Shown piece by piece: positions 28,001 to 37,388 of a stretch of DNA of 64,000 bases. The stretch lies in the IMG/VR virus record IMGVR_UViG_3300035704_000002, positions 32,001 through 96,000 of that record. One strand, given 5' to 3'. Made by a program: the position numbers and the translations under genes. Every line of letters starts with the position of its first letter. Positions within the stretch are counted from its first letter, which is position 1. The DNA comes from a virus. The notes below the pieces were generated by a model that was given only the letters and a program-made list of their open reading frames with translations, searched no databases and was not told where the DNA came from.

Positions 28001-28755
28001 GCGACCCGGCCGCCGTGGACGGGTGGCGTGCCTACGCGCCCGCGTGGCCACTGGATGACGACCTGATCGCGGAAATGAAAGCGTTGCGTCCCAACAAGCC
28101 CAGCGGTGGCTACGTCGGGGCCGACGACGAGGAGGACAGCCCCGACGGCAACGCGCCCGACGATACGAACAACACCGACTCGGGCACCGACGACGACGTA
28201 CTGTCCGCGCTGGACAACTATGCCGCCATGGCACCACAGATCAGCCCCGAAGACGCCTACATGCAGGCCATCGGCGACCAGATCCCCTGGCAACTGGCCG
28301 CCACCGGCGATCTGGTCAACCCCGACTCGCCCGGTGGTGAAGTGCCTGTGCTACAACGCGAGGAAGCGCGGTTCGGTGAGGCCGGACCGTCCGACGCGGC
28401 CGTGGACGACCTGTCCGGCACCGACGAGGTACCCGACGCCGACGACGCCGGGGCGGATGACGACCCCACCTTCCCCGATGACGGTGATCTGAGCTTCGAC
28501 CCGGACGATACGAACGAGACCGATGACGGCACGGATGGCCCGGATGACGGCGCCGGGGACACCGGCGACGGTTCGAACGAGAGCGACACCGGCGCCGCCA
28601 TTCCGGAGGTGGCCGAACTGCTGGCCGACCTGATGGCCGAACAGGACACGGTGGCCGCGCCGACGGATGACGACGATGCTGGCGAGCCGGAGGAAGACAG
28701 CACGGCGATCACTACCGCCCCGAAGCGCCAGGCCGCCGCCAGTGTTACCGCGTAA
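25012..28755 (+). CDS. Multidomain head-associated protein: 2H phosphoesterase, repeated modules, intein, acidic tail
   Basis: HLTL (25141) and PHVS (25429); two PDGSY.I modules; YW..GKG.AKI.W..PGDF.RC module. Confidence 0.8.
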   Translation: MSRVANRDPEADGPRTSGMVALMPTAADAQRLAVDGGEDPDQLHLTLAYLGDNATGLPPETQQALHQVMGHLAAETPPVDARAAGHLLLNPDGGPDGDRTPVAAYLMSDSDALTPLHEAAKAAAGAADPALTQFSPFIPHVSGAYDRDAGALGYAGPVSFDRMRVAIGDGHTDYPLTGPASGGTDPDADGDIDDGTGVNTDDDPTVGDDGARSDKPEGKSVISLAELVELAELTNLVSETKGDAPDGGNSDAPPHSMPDGSYQINHPGQLKQAINALTAYQVAKGKRGALRKHVMKHAARLHAQNMVPQSIQDEGDDDPDAKKDAAPEPVETKNVVATQAGVARYGKPIGTVLGAPRDAAAAQAQKDTGAVTAYQDLLAGNTRSVEPLNTMDPSSLEALTRVAYSYKSSDPKVVALRVQLANELAKRGLKVTSFGALGGGGPTKPARGKAPVKPKAPAKPAPTPAQVAGARGVAAPHVQAKGDLDVTEVEYKTKYTADDRRTMAKKGQALPDGCLSGDTLVATRNGSVRIDALPSECELLTDHGWTQATVCGFGVQKLRAVELFDGVRTEIVHATSGHRWLIDGGDWRLTDDLIVGDRIPHVDVSSNDFNADLVNTAHQRIARKAKQTPHHSSAMVVINLEAGPCTTGTSVGTIDLRDAMTDSTQAALTGKKCVELRLSNAVLAPQHSISATHPALIGNIHPFSAGACSVLAAETAVGSPTLIADIEIGMRSFGAAGAAGDKTDIADWYTLGVNGHGHPTNATRSWEVVGIKATRRIEEVFCALVPDLHRFVLASGVLTGNSYPIMDRSDLDSAIRLRGRHSEYSADTVVKHIVKRAKAIDATDMLPDGMAAGVQEKQLSWDGAPDAFTAGVLLGLSGLDTDEALELKAGPPGHTFASPDPNAARLRRYWVFGKGRAKINWGVPGDFDRCVAELTKYVGDRAKGLCNIYHRSALGVAPGQEDKPGHAVAKAVGAMVGAKKSEDDETETKALTALWVRDPAAVDGWRAYAPAWPLDDDLIAEMKALRPNKPSGGYVGADDEEDSPDGNAPDDTNNTDSGTDDDVLSALDNYAAMAPQISPEDAYMQAIGDQIPWQLAATGDLVNPDSPGGEVPVLQREEARFGEAGPSDAAVDDLSGTDEVPDADDAGADDDPTFPDDGDLSFDPDDTNETDDGTDGPDDGAGDTGDGSNESDTGAAIPEVAELLADLMAEQDTVAAPTDDDDAGEPEEDSTAITTAPKRQAAASVTA
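26551..27414 (+). mobile_element. Intein 2 (288 aa), no recognisable in-frame nuclease
   Basis: CLSGDTLV, ATSGHRW, EEVFCALVP..HRFVL, terminal GN followed by Ser; excision restores PDG|SYPI, matching the uninterrupted PDGSYQI copy. Confidence 0.92.
26737..27285 (-). CDS. Endonuclease VII-family nuclease, antisense inside intein 2
   Basis: CRTC..F..CRFC; RKYSI...FDALL..QRGLCAIC; VDHDH.TG.VRGLLC..CN..MG. Confidence 0.92.
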   Translation of the reverse strand: MTVSVYAKGVPVGYVGFVTCRTCGAERPHTDFYIRNQRRRTDCRFCCQNRARTSAERVDVADERWMRRRDGMLRRKYSIGQAEFDALLASQRGLCAICHRIPKINRANTRTGRTWTGFQVDHDHRTGMVRGLLCLTCNTLMGRVDEVGIEIIARYINMGNAVANDQIVCESPVATINQPSVT

Positions 28756-28774
28756 GGACAGGAGGGGCGCCCAC

Positions 28775-31700
28775 GTGGGTACGCCGACGATCATGGGTGC
28801 GGGGCTGCCCGCGTTCCTGGAGTACAAGACCGCACTGTCGGGCGCACCGCGTGAACTGGTCGAACCGGACGCGCCGATGGAGTTCAAGACCGCCGTGCTG
28901 ACCGCGCCGCCGGGCACGGTGCTTCGGCCCAGCGATGTCAGTGCGGACGCGCACGAGGTTACGGCCGTGATCGCGGTGACGGGCGTGCTGGACGAGGTGG
29001 GCGACGTGATCGTGCCGGGTGCGTTCGCCGACACGCTGCGCGAGCGGCCTCGGCCGAAGGTCTGCCTGGGTCACGACTGGAACCGGCCCATCGGTAAGAC
29101 GAAGTGGATCAAGGAACTGTTGCCGGGTGACCCCGGCCTGCCGCCGACCACCTATGACGGTAAGGCGTGGCCCGCCGAGGCCGGCGCCGTGCTGGCTCGT
29201 TACGTCCCGGACATGTCCACTCCGGATGGCAACAACGCCTACCACAGCGCCAAGTTCTTCGGCCCCGAGGAATCCACGTTCAGCTTCGGCTACAAGACAC
29301 AGAACTCCGAGCGCCGCAACGGCAGGCGCTACCTGAAGAAGCTCGCCGTGTACGAGTACGGCCCGGTGCTCAACCCGGCCAACCGGCTGGCCACGTTGCA
29401 GGAGATCAAGACCGACGAGCCGGACAGCCTGGAAAGCAAGGTCAAGCAGGTTCGTGACGTCGCGTACTGGGGCGAACCCTACGGCTCGCCGATCGGCGAG
29501 CACACGCACCCGCACGGGCCGAAGGCGCGGGCCGAGCGCCGGGCCGGTCGCGTGCCCTCCCGCTCGGTCGGCATCATGGAGCCCGGACACGCACCCCCCG
29601 TCGCACCCAAGATCAGCACGGCGGATCGTGCCGCCGAGATCGAACACACCGGCCTGTTCCCCGAGCCGGCGTCCGCCGCGCGCGCGCTGCCCGGTCCGCG
29701 CGCCACCGGCGCGGACCAGCAGCACATCGACGCTCTCGCCGGACACATCCGTGACGGGCTGGCCGAACCGGAGGCCGACGACGAAGACCGCGCCGCCGTC
29801 GACAAGGCGGTGCGCGGCCTGCTCACCGAGGCCATCACCCCGAACGAGGTGCACGACCGGCTCGCCGCCCATCCCGAGATCACGGCCGGCGCCGACGCGC
29901 ACAACGAGGCGGTGGACCGGGTCGGCCGCGACTACGCGGCGCGCTACGGCGCCCTGGCCGCCGAGCAACAGCGCGTGCGCACGCAGGCGGGTACGCCGCT
30001 GCCGCCGGAGCGGTTCACCGGGATGACCAACACCCAACTGCGCGGACACGAGAACGCCAGCCAGCAGATCCTGAGCGACCTGACCACATCGGGCGTCGGC
30101 CACGACGAACCGTCCGCACAGCTCGCCTCGGCCAACATCCAGGGCGCCCAGCACGAGATGGCGCTACGCGCGCGGGCCGCGCGTGAACATCCGGCCGTGC
30201 TCAAGGCGCACGCGCAGGGTGAAGCGCTGTTCCGCAAGAACCCGGCGCAGGCCGCGACGCGCGCCGATGCGATGCAGTCGGTACTGGAGGAGCTGCACCG
30301 CCAGCAGGCCGTGAAGCCACCACCGCAGGGCAGCCGCGCGGAGCGGATGCCGCACCAGATCCAGGCCATGATGCGGGGTCTGCGTGGCGTGTCGGGTGGC
30401 AGCAAGGAGACGCCACTTCCCTCGACTAACCGAGCTGAGCCGGCTAGTGTAGAGAGCATGCCCGAGGAGCCCGCCAAGCCAGCCCGCCGCATCCTGAGCG
30501 ACTTCAGCGACGCCGAACTGGCGAAGGAGAAGGACAAGGCCGCCCACACCGTGTTCATCCACGCGCAGCGGCCCGATGGCGCGCGTGCCCGAAAGCGCCT
30601 CGCTGCTATCCAGGTCGAACGAGACCGACGCAACGACGCCGCCCGACGCAGCGTGCCCGCCCACTCACTGGCGCCCGCCGACTACCAGGCCGCGCAGGAT
30701 CACGCCCTGAACACCCGGTTCGCGCAGCAGGAGATGACGCGGCAGAACGATCAGGTCGACAAGCACAACGCCCGCATCACCAGCGCCGAACAGACCGCCG
30801 CCAGCGCGCCGGCCACGATCGACCACGCGCCCGAGGGCACCGAGATCGTCGGCGGCGGTCGGCTACTGCTGGCCAATGGCACCACCAACTCCTGGTCCCT
30901 GCGCAGCGCGGACAACAAGCACCTGCTGGGTGCCGACGACTTCGCCACACTGAAAGGCGGCAAGGCGAAGCTGAGTCGGGCCAAGATCAACGACCTGGCC
31001 GACCACGTCGCCGGCATCCGTGACAGCAATGGCAACCGGGTGCCCTTCACCGCGCCCAACTCCGCCGACTGGGCGCCCGGCTTCCGCGACGAGCACGGTA
31101 ACAACCTGGTCGGCGCGAGCGCCCTGGCCGTGCGGGACTGGACCGGGCGTAACGGCGTCGGCGTGCACAAGAACTCACGATTCGCCCGTAACGTCACGCC
31201 GGCCGGCGGTCGCCTCTCCCGCACCGACAAGCCCGACGCCGACGGCTTCTATCCACGCCAGCCCATCGGCAACGCCCGACCCGGCGACGAGGTCACCACG
31301 CCCGACGGCCACGTCAAGACCGTGGTGCGCACCTCGCGCGCCGAGCACACGCACGACACGCGCGGCAACTACGTCCAACCCTCGCACCGCACCTCCACCA
31401 CCACGCTGCACTTCGGCGACGACACCAGCCACTCCGAACAGCGCAACGACTACGGCGGCAGGGGCACCATCGGCATCCGGTACGCCAACGGCGCCTCGCC
31501 GATGGACGCCTCGCGCGCGGCCGACCCCGGCATGGGCTTCACCTCCGCATCCAACATCGGCAGCCGACCCGGCAGCATCGACACCCCCTCGGCCAAGAAG
31601 TTCGACCAGGAGGCCGCCACCGCGCTACGCAACACCCCCGCCCCCGGCACCCGGTTCACCGAAGCGCGCAGCGAAGGGCAGGACTACAAAGATCAGCGAC

Positions 31701-33403
31701 CGAAGGTCGGCACGATCACCGATCGCGTCGGTCAGGTCCAGGGCGCTCCGGCCCGCGTGGTCGAGTACGACGACGGCACTTTCGACGCCATGACGCCGGC
31801 CGGCCTGGGCAAGATCAACGCTTCGCCCAGCGAAGATGAGGTCAACGAAGCGCGCTCCGCGTGGGGACTGCCGCGCACCGGGTCCGACCACGCCACCGAA
31901 GCGGCGCGCGCCGCCACTGAGGCCGCCGCGCCCGATCGTGCCGAACCGCGCCGGGTGGCGCCCAGCGAAGTGCCAACCCCGAAGACCCCGAACGTGCCCG
32001 AGATAGGCGCGCCGGCCGAAACCCATGCCAACGCGCTGGCCCGGATGAACGACCGGCAGGCGCGCGAGCACATCGCCACGTTGCCGCACAGCACACTGAG
32101 CGGCATCGACCAGGTCATGGCGCACCGCGCCAGCGCACTGGGCAAGCCCGACGTCGTCACCGCCAAGCACCAGATGGTGCGTGACGCCATTCCGGCCGCG
32201 TCCGGATCAGCCGTGGTAACCGGGCCAATGCAGGACGAGATGGCACAAGCCCGCTCCGAGGTGCTGGGACTGCACGAACTTCCCGACGGCCATCTGGAAG
32301 TCGAGCCCGAGGTGGGCGCCCGCCAGGACCGCGTGGCCAAGCTGCTCACCGAGCACGAGGCCGGCGCGCTGGACCTGAAGTCGCGCAGTACGGAAGACCT
32401 GCACCAGCATCACCGTGACCTGTCCAACGAACTGCGCCTTCAGCAGGAAATCGCCCGCCGCGACGCCGTGCACCCGCCCAAGCGTGTGTCGGTGGCCACC
32501 ACACAGGCCGGCACCCCACGCGTGCGGCCCGGTCTGGCCGGCGCTGCCCAGGATCACGCCGAAGCCCTGCGGTCCGAGGACGCCGCCGCGATCAACCGCA
32601 CGCGGCAGCGACTGGAGTCCGCGCTACGCCGCTCACGCGCCAACTCCGACACCGCGCACACCCTGGCGCAGCATGTCGACGCTGGCCACGCCCACGCCTC
32701 GACCCTGGACTCCCTGGCCGGCAGCCTGCGCGCCGAATCCCGTCAGAAGCGCAACGACGCCGCGCGCAAGCGCACCACCGCCAAGCGACTGGACCGCGAA
32801 CGCATCACCTCGGTACTGGGCAGCGTGAACTCCGAACTGCGCAGCCGGGGCGAGTCACCGGAGGTGGCCAAGGAGCTGGGCGCGCCGCGCACCGCGAACA
32901 CCCCTGAGACACCGCTGATGTCCGAGGGGCCGGTACTGCGCGAGGTGGTCGGGGGGCCAGGTGCCGTGCGGCAGGTGGCCAGCGAAGAACCGAAAGCCGA
33001 ACCGGTCGCCACCGCCAACAACGCCAACGTGTCCCACGTCTTGCATAGTGTCCCATCGTGGGATAGTATTAAGGAGTCAGCAGGAACTCAACCTGAAGGA
33101 CCCCCAATGGCCACCGCCGCCCAGGTTCGCTACGCCACAAAGCTCCAGGCAGACCTCCGCGAACGCATCACCTGGCCCCTGGACCGCGACATTCTCGCCC
33201 GCGCACTGCGCCCCCCAACCGCAAACATGCTCGCCAACCCCGAAGATAGGGCCGCTGCACGGGCCGCGATCGAGGCATACGACCCCAACGCCGCCATCGA
33301 CGCCTGGATCGCCCGCCGCGCCGATCTGGCCGACACTGATCTGGCCACCTTGGACGGCACTCAGATGTCCGCCTGGATCGACGCCGTCAAGAAATCCTTG
33401 TGA
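28775..33403 (+). CDS. HK97-type prohead protease with very long C-terminal extension
   Basis: D.VGDVI.PGAF, HDW.RPIG, FSFGY, YEYGPV..PAN; SD AGGAGG. Confidence 0.88.
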   Translation: MGTPTIMGAGLPAFLEYKTALSGAPRELVEPDAPMEFKTAVLTAPPGTVLRPSDVSADAHEVTAVIAVTGVLDEVGDVIVPGAFADTLRERPRPKVCLGHDWNRPIGKTKWIKELLPGDPGLPPTTYDGKAWPAEAGAVLARYVPDMSTPDGNNAYHSAKFFGPEESTFSFGYKTQNSERRNGRRYLKKLAVYEYGPVLNPANRLATLQEIKTDEPDSLESKVKQVRDVAYWGEPYGSPIGEHTHPHGPKARAERRAGRVPSRSVGIMEPGHAPPVAPKISTADRAAEIEHTGLFPEPASAARALPGPRATGADQQHIDALAGHIRDGLAEPEADDEDRAAVDKAVRGLLTEAITPNEVHDRLAAHPEITAGADAHNEAVDRVGRDYAARYGALAAEQQRVRTQAGTPLPPERFTGMTNTQLRGHENASQQILSDLTTSGVGHDEPSAQLASANIQGAQHEMALRARAAREHPAVLKAHAQGEALFRKNPAQAATRADAMQSVLEELHRQQAVKPPPQGSRAERMPHQIQAMMRGLRGVSGGSKETPLPSTNRAEPASVESMPEEPAKPARRILSDFSDAELAKEKDKAAHTVFIHAQRPDGARARKRLAAIQVERDRRNDAARRSVPAHSLAPADYQAAQDHALNTRFAQQEMTRQNDQVDKHNARITSAEQTAASAPATIDHAPEGTEIVGGGRLLLANGTTNSWSLRSADNKHLLGADDFATLKGGKAKLSRAKINDLADHVAGIRDSNGNRVPFTAPNSADWAPGFRDEHGNNLVGASALAVRDWTGRNGVGVHKNSRFARNVTPAGGRLSRTDKPDADGFYPRQPIGNARPGDEVTTPDGHVKTVVRTSRAEHTHDTRGNYVQPSHRTSTTTLHFGDDTSHSEQRNDYGGRGTIGIRYANGASPMDASRAADPGMGFTSASNIGSRPGSIDTPSAKKFDQEAATALRNTPAPGTRFTEARSEGQDYKDQRPKVGTITDRVGQVQGAPARVVEYDDGTFDAMTPAGLGKINASPSEDEVNEARSAWGLPRTGSDHATEAARAATEAAAPDRAEPRRVAPSEVPTPKTPNVPEIGAPAETHANALARMNDRQAREHIATLPHSTLSGIDQVMAHRASALGKPDVVTAKHQMVRDAIPAASGSAVVTGPMQDEMAQARSEVLGLHELPDGHLEVEPEVGARQDRVAKLLTEHEAGALDLKSRSTEDLHQHHRDLSNELRLQQEIARRDAVHPPKRVSVATTQAGTPRVRPGLAGAAQDHAEALRSEDAAAINRTRQRLESALRRSRANSDTAHTLAQHVDAGHAHASTLDSLAGSLRAESRQKRNDAARKRTTAKRLDRERITSVLGSVNSELRSRGESPEVAKELGAPRTANTPETPLMSEGPVLREVVGGPGAVRQVASEEPKAEPVATANNANVSHVLHSVPSWDSIKESAGTQPEGPPMATAAQVRYATKLQADLRERITWPLDRDILARALRPPTANMLANPEDRAAARAAIEAYDPNAAIDAWIARRADLADTDLATLDGTQMSAWIDAVKKSL
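30422..30450 (+). promoter_or_regulatory. Internal promoter-like site in the protease ORF
   Basis: TCGACT-aaccgagctgagccggc-TAGTGT, in-frame ATG at 30458. Confidence 0.5.
33041..33069 (+). promoter_or_regulatory. Internal promoter with operator-like repeats
   Basis: TTGCAT-N17-TAGTAT; GTGTCCCA twice; TCCCA-N3-TGGGA palindrome. Confidence 0.7.
33107..33403 (+). CDS. Small protein nested in frame at the 3' end of the protease ORF
   Basis: Own promoter, SD GAAGGA and ATG; MATAAQVRYA...SAWIDAVK. Confidence 0.65.
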   Translation: MATAAQVRYATKLQADLRERITWPLDRDILARALRPPTANMLANPEDRAAARAAIEAYDPNAAIDAWIARRADLADTDLATLDGTQMSAWIDAVKKSL

Positions 33404-33408
33404 TCCGA

Positions 33409-34113
33409 ATGACCGACGAGGTGATCACCGCGACCGAGGCGGCAACGATCTTGAGCCTTGCCGACGGCGCGACCGCGCGCCGCACCCTGTCCCGGCGCGG
33501 CGTCATCCCCATAGGGCGCGCACCCGGCCGAGGTGGCGAGTCCCTGTACCGACGTGACCACGTCGAGCATGAACGGGACTATCCGCCGTTGCGAGGCAAG
33601 GTGCCGCCCGACATCGCCGACTTGACGCGCCGCGTGCTCGGCGACGCAGCTCCCCCCGGTGCGTCCTGGCAACGGGAGTACATGCTGGACGACGGCGTAC
33701 GCATCATGGTGTCCTGGGGGCCGTCGGCCGATACGGCGACTACGACCGGCGACGGCGTGAACGGCCACCGGAAGCGGACCCTGTCGCGAGACGCCGACGA
33801 ACTGGCTGCGCAGTTGGGACCGCTGGTGCGTGCTGCCCGTCGCGACCTGGCCAAGCGGCTGCGCGTGGAGCAAGAGCTTGCGGCCATCCATGTCGATCAC
33901 CTGGATCGGGTACGTGCGGCGCGGGTTGAAGTGGAGCGCGTTCGAACACTTCCGCCGGGGCAGCATGGCGAGCTGATGACAGCGTTGCCGACCCTGCGCC
34001 ATGAGGTCGCGTTGGCGCGGGAAGTCGAATCGGCGGCTGGCGGCCTGATCTCGGCGGCTGAGATCGCCGAGGCGGCCAGGATCAGCCTCACCGAAGTCAA
34101 CACGGCCCATTAA
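33409..34113 (+). CDS. HTH DNA-binding protein
   Basis: ITATEAATILSL..ATARRTLSR..LYRR..V; second HTH-like ISAAEIAEAARIS. Confidence 0.7.
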   Translation: MTDEVITATEAATILSLADGATARRTLSRRGVIPIGRAPGRGGESLYRRDHVEHERDYPPLRGKVPPDIADLTRRVLGDAAPPGASWQREYMLDDGVRIMVSWGPSADTATTTGDGVNGHRKRTLSRDADELAAQLGPLVRAARRDLAKRLRVEQELAAIHVDHLDRVRAARVEVERVRTLPPGQHGELMTALPTLRHEVALAREVESAAGGLISAAEIAEAARISLTEVNTAH

Positions 34114-34585
34114 TACCGCTGAGTAAACGTAAGACGGCTCCCGCGCTCATCGTCGAGGCGGGGGCCGTAGCCGCCGCTGGAGGGTCAGCGGCCGACGAGC
34201 GCAACATCAGCGTGGCGTGAGCGGAGAACCTGACCCGTGACCGATCACATTCACCTGTACCGGTTCGGCCGGACAATGCGGTGCGTGGTGTGCCGTCAAG
34301 CCGTGCTCCCGTGGCGTCGGCGAGCATGGATCTGGGCCACAGCGAACATCATGGTGTGCACCCGTATCGCGATCTGGTGGTCTGACCGGCATCGCTCCAC
34401 GCTGCCACAGAAGTAGCAGCGTCACGCCACGCACCCACTGACCACACAGGTCGGTTGGTGCGTGGCGTCGGCGTGTCTCCCCCCGCGTGATCGTCGCTCT
34501 CCCTATCCTGCCGCGCAGATCGTGGCGCGCTTGGTGCTGACCGGCGCGAACGAACCCATTCGTTTGCGAACCGAGGAGCAACCTC

Positions 34586-35932
34586 ATGCCCACCATCGTG
34601 GACGAGGATCTGCGCAAGGCCGGTATGGAACGCCTGCGTGTGATCGTCGGCAAGCTGGACAACCTCACCACCAACGGCTTCAAGTCCGAGGACAACGGCA
34701 TCGTCGTCAGCGCGGAAGCCAAGTCCGAGTTCGACGGCCTGATCGCCGAACAGAAGGACATCCGGTCGACCCTGGCCGGCTTCGACGCGGCCAAGGAACT
34801 TCAGGCGTGGCTGGACACCCCCGCCACCGAGAGCAAGGCCATGCCCGCCCAGATCGCGGCCGGTATGCCGCTGGCACAGCACAAGTCGATCGGTCAGTTG
34901 TTCCTGGAGTCCGACGCCTACAAGACGCGCGGCTCCGACGGCTTGACCCGGACCGACTTCGAGCTGAAGGCGCTGCTCTACGGCAACGGCGGTTCGCCCG
35001 GCCTGGAGCGCAAGGACATCTACACCGCCGCCGGTGGCACGTTCACGAACTTCGCGTTCGGGACACCGATGATCGAGCCGATCGTGCCTCGCGCCTACCG
35101 TACCCAGCGTGTGCGCGACCTGTTCCCGGTGGCCACCACCAGCGCGAACCTGATCGAGTACCTGCGTGTGCTGGGCTACGTGGACGGCACCAACAACGCC
35201 GCGCCGGTGCCCGAGCGCGACACGGGTTCACCGCAGAACTTCGGCCTCAAGCCGCACACGAGCCTGTCGCTCCAGCCGGCCCAGAGCCCGATCCGCACCA
35301 TCGCCCACTACGAAGTGGCGCACCGCAACACCCTGAACGACGAACCACAGCTCCAGTCGATCATCGACACGGAACTGCTGTACGGCCTGCGGCTGGCCGA
35401 GGACGACCAGATCCTCAACGGCGACGGCACCGGGGAGAACATCCTCGGTCTGCTGATGACGCCAGGCATCCAGCAGTACCCCGGCACCCCGATCCCCACC
35501 CCGTCGCCGGTGCTGACCACTGACACACCGGTGGACGCGATCCGCCGCGCCGCCACCCGGATCATGCTGGCGTACTACGAGCCCACCGGCGTCGTGGTGC
35601 ATCCGTTCGACTGGGAGACGATGGAAACGATCAAGGATACGCTCGGCCAGTACATCCTCGCGATCAACGTCGCGATCGGCGCCCAGAAGCAGGTATGGCA
35701 GATGCCCGTCGTGGCGTCGCCGGCCATGCAGCAGGGTGTCAGCCTGGTCGGCGCGTTCGGGTTGGGCGCCAAGGTCTACGACCGCGAGCAGGCCAACATC
35801 CGGGTCGCCGAGCAGCACGCCGACCTGTTCACGCGCAACGCCGTCGCGATCCTGGCGGAGGAGCGCGTCGGCCTGACCGTGTCTCGGCCGGAATCGTTCA
35901 TCAAGATCGACCTGATCCACGGCATCGGCTGA
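34586..35932 (+). CDS. HK97-fold major capsid protein
   Basis: Delta-like N-terminus; VRDLFP, TIAH, L.D.PQL.S.I..L..GL..ED.QILNGDGTG, F.RN.V.IL.E.R. Confidence 0.95.
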   Translation: MPTIVDEDLRKAGMERLRVIVGKLDNLTTNGFKSEDNGIVVSAEAKSEFDGLIAEQKDIRSTLAGFDAAKELQAWLDTPATESKAMPAQIAAGMPLAQHKSIGQLFLESDAYKTRGSDGLTRTDFELKALLYGNGGSPGLERKDIYTAAGGTFTNFAFGTPMIEPIVPRAYRTQRVRDLFPVATTSANLIEYLRVLGYVDGTNNAAPVPERDTGSPQNFGLKPHTSLSLQPAQSPIRTIAHYEVAHRNTLNDEPQLQSIIDTELLYGLRLAEDDQILNGDGTGENILGLLMTPGIQQYPGTPIPTPSPVLTTDTPVDAIRRAATRIMLAYYEPTGVVVHPFDWETMETIKDTLGQYILAINVAIGAQKQVWQMPVVASPAMQQGVSLVGAFGLGAKVYDREQANIRVAEQHADLFTRNAVAILAEERVGLTVSRPESFIKIDLIHGIG

Positions 35933-35996
35933 TCCCCCGATTCCACTGTGCCCGGCCTGGTCACACGGGTGATGACCAGGCCGGGCGCGGCGTCCG

Positions 35997-36584
35997 GTGA
36001 CCGACCTACCCGCCAGTTACCCTGCCGCCATGACAAGCCCAGCCGATCCCGACGGCACCGACCTGAGCGGCCTGAAGGGGCGACGCAAGTCGCGCGCGCA
36101 CCCACGCCGACCGGCCATGCCGACCCTGGACACCGTGGAGCTGCCACCGCTGCCCGACGCGCACGAGACCATGGCCGACGCGCTGCGCCGGCCCGCCGGC
36201 CTGCCCGCGTTGCACCCGCTGGAACGCACCCGGCTGGTTGTGGTGGAAACCGGTGGCCACGTGCCCGCCGCCAACCTCACGGGCAACTACGTGGTGGCCG
36301 AGTTCGACGGCACCGAACAGCACACGCCGTGGGGCTGCCGCACCCCCATCTCGCGCGTGCTGTGGAACAAGGGTCAGCACGTGCGTCGCGACGTGTACGC
36401 CACCTACCTGGCCGAGCACCCCGAACTGGCCGCCGATGCGAACGAGATGCCGGATGGCGGCGAAGGCGACACGAGCGGCGGCGAAGACAGGACCGGAACG
36501 GACGGCGGACCCGATACCTCGGCTGACGAGGGTGGCGTTGAGGAGGTCGGCGTGGCGACCACCACCCCACCAGCGGCTGTGTGA
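35997..36584 (+). CDS. Hypothetical protein
   Basis: Position after capsid; codon usage. Confidence 0.6.
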   Translation: MTDLPASYPAAMTSPADPDGTDLSGLKGRRKSRAHPRRPAMPTLDTVELPPLPDAHETMADALRRPAGLPALHPLERTRLVVVETGGHVPAANLTGNYVVAEFDGTEQHTPWGCRTPISRVLWNKGQHVRRDVYATYLAEHPELAADANEMPDGGEGDTSGGEDRTGTDGGPDTSADEGGVEEVGVATTTPPAAV

Positions 36585-36652
36585 CGATCTCGCGCGGGTC
36601 GGCGGCATCCGCGCCACCGGCACTCTGACCAGCCCCGAGCGAGGGACACCGA

Positions 36653-36964
36653 ATGAGCGCTCCGGTAACCAATCCGGTCAAGACCTGCCTGGGGTGCGGG
36701 CAGTCAGACGATCACCCCAAGCACGTCGTGATGCTGCCCGACCACAGCGAAGTCGTATGGCACAACGACTGCCACTCGCGCGCCAACCCGCCGTGCGAAA
36801 TCTGCGCGCACGTCGTCACGCACTCCGACGGCAAGCAGGGCGCGGCGTTGCGCGACCACATCGTCGGCTACAACATCCCGACCCTGGACCATCCCGTGCA
36901 CGGCCTGCTGTTCGCCAAGCCGGACGAGATCGCGGCCCTGGCTGCCGCACAGGGCGGTGAGTGA
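36653..36964 (+). CDS. Cys/His-rich small protein
   Basis: CLGCGQ.DDHPKH..H.DCH..CEIC. Confidence 0.7.
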   Translation: MSAPVTNPVKTCLGCGQSDDHPKHVVMLPDHSEVVWHNDCHSRANPPCEICAHVVTHSDGKQGAALRDHIVGYNIPTLDHPVHGLLFAKPDEIAALAAAQGGE

Positions 36965-37353
36965 GCATGGCCGGCAACATCGACCAGACCCATGCCAATA
37001 ACGTCATCGACGCCTCGCTGGGCACCGCGACGATCACCGCGACCGTCACGCCGCTCAAACTGGCGCTGATGTCCAGCGTGGGCACGAACACCACCGGTGG
37101 CACCGAGGTGTCCGGCGGCTCCTACGCCCGACAGTCCATCGCGTTCTCGGCTGCTTCGGCCGGCGCCACTTCCAACTCCGGTGCCGTGACGTTCACCAAC
37201 ATGCCGGCGGTCGCCACCAACGGGATCGAACTGGACGACAACTCCGGTACCCCGAAGCGCAAGTGGCTGGGCAATCTCGCGACGCCGAAGACCACCGGCG
37301 CGGGCGACACCCTGACGTTCGCGGTGGGTTCGGTCACCGTGTCGATGCCCTGA
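36961..37353 (+). CDS. Small virion structural protein
   Basis: GTEVSGGSYARQ..F..N...VTF..GDTLTF..G pattern. Confidence 0.8.
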   Translation: MSMAGNIDQTHANNVIDASLGTATITATVTPLKLALMSSVGTNTTGGTEVSGGSYARQSIAFSAASAGATSNSGAVTFTNMPAVATNGIELDDNSGTPKRKWLGNLATPKTTGAGDTLTFAVGSVTVSMP

Positions 37354-37388
37354 CCTGACCGCGACAGGGCCGGCCGGGGGAGTGCGCG

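Noticed and set aside
34114-34585. Structured ncRNA or tRNA in the capsid leader
   Set aside because: Only an imperfect terminator-like hairpin is visible; no cloverleaf or known motif recognised by eye
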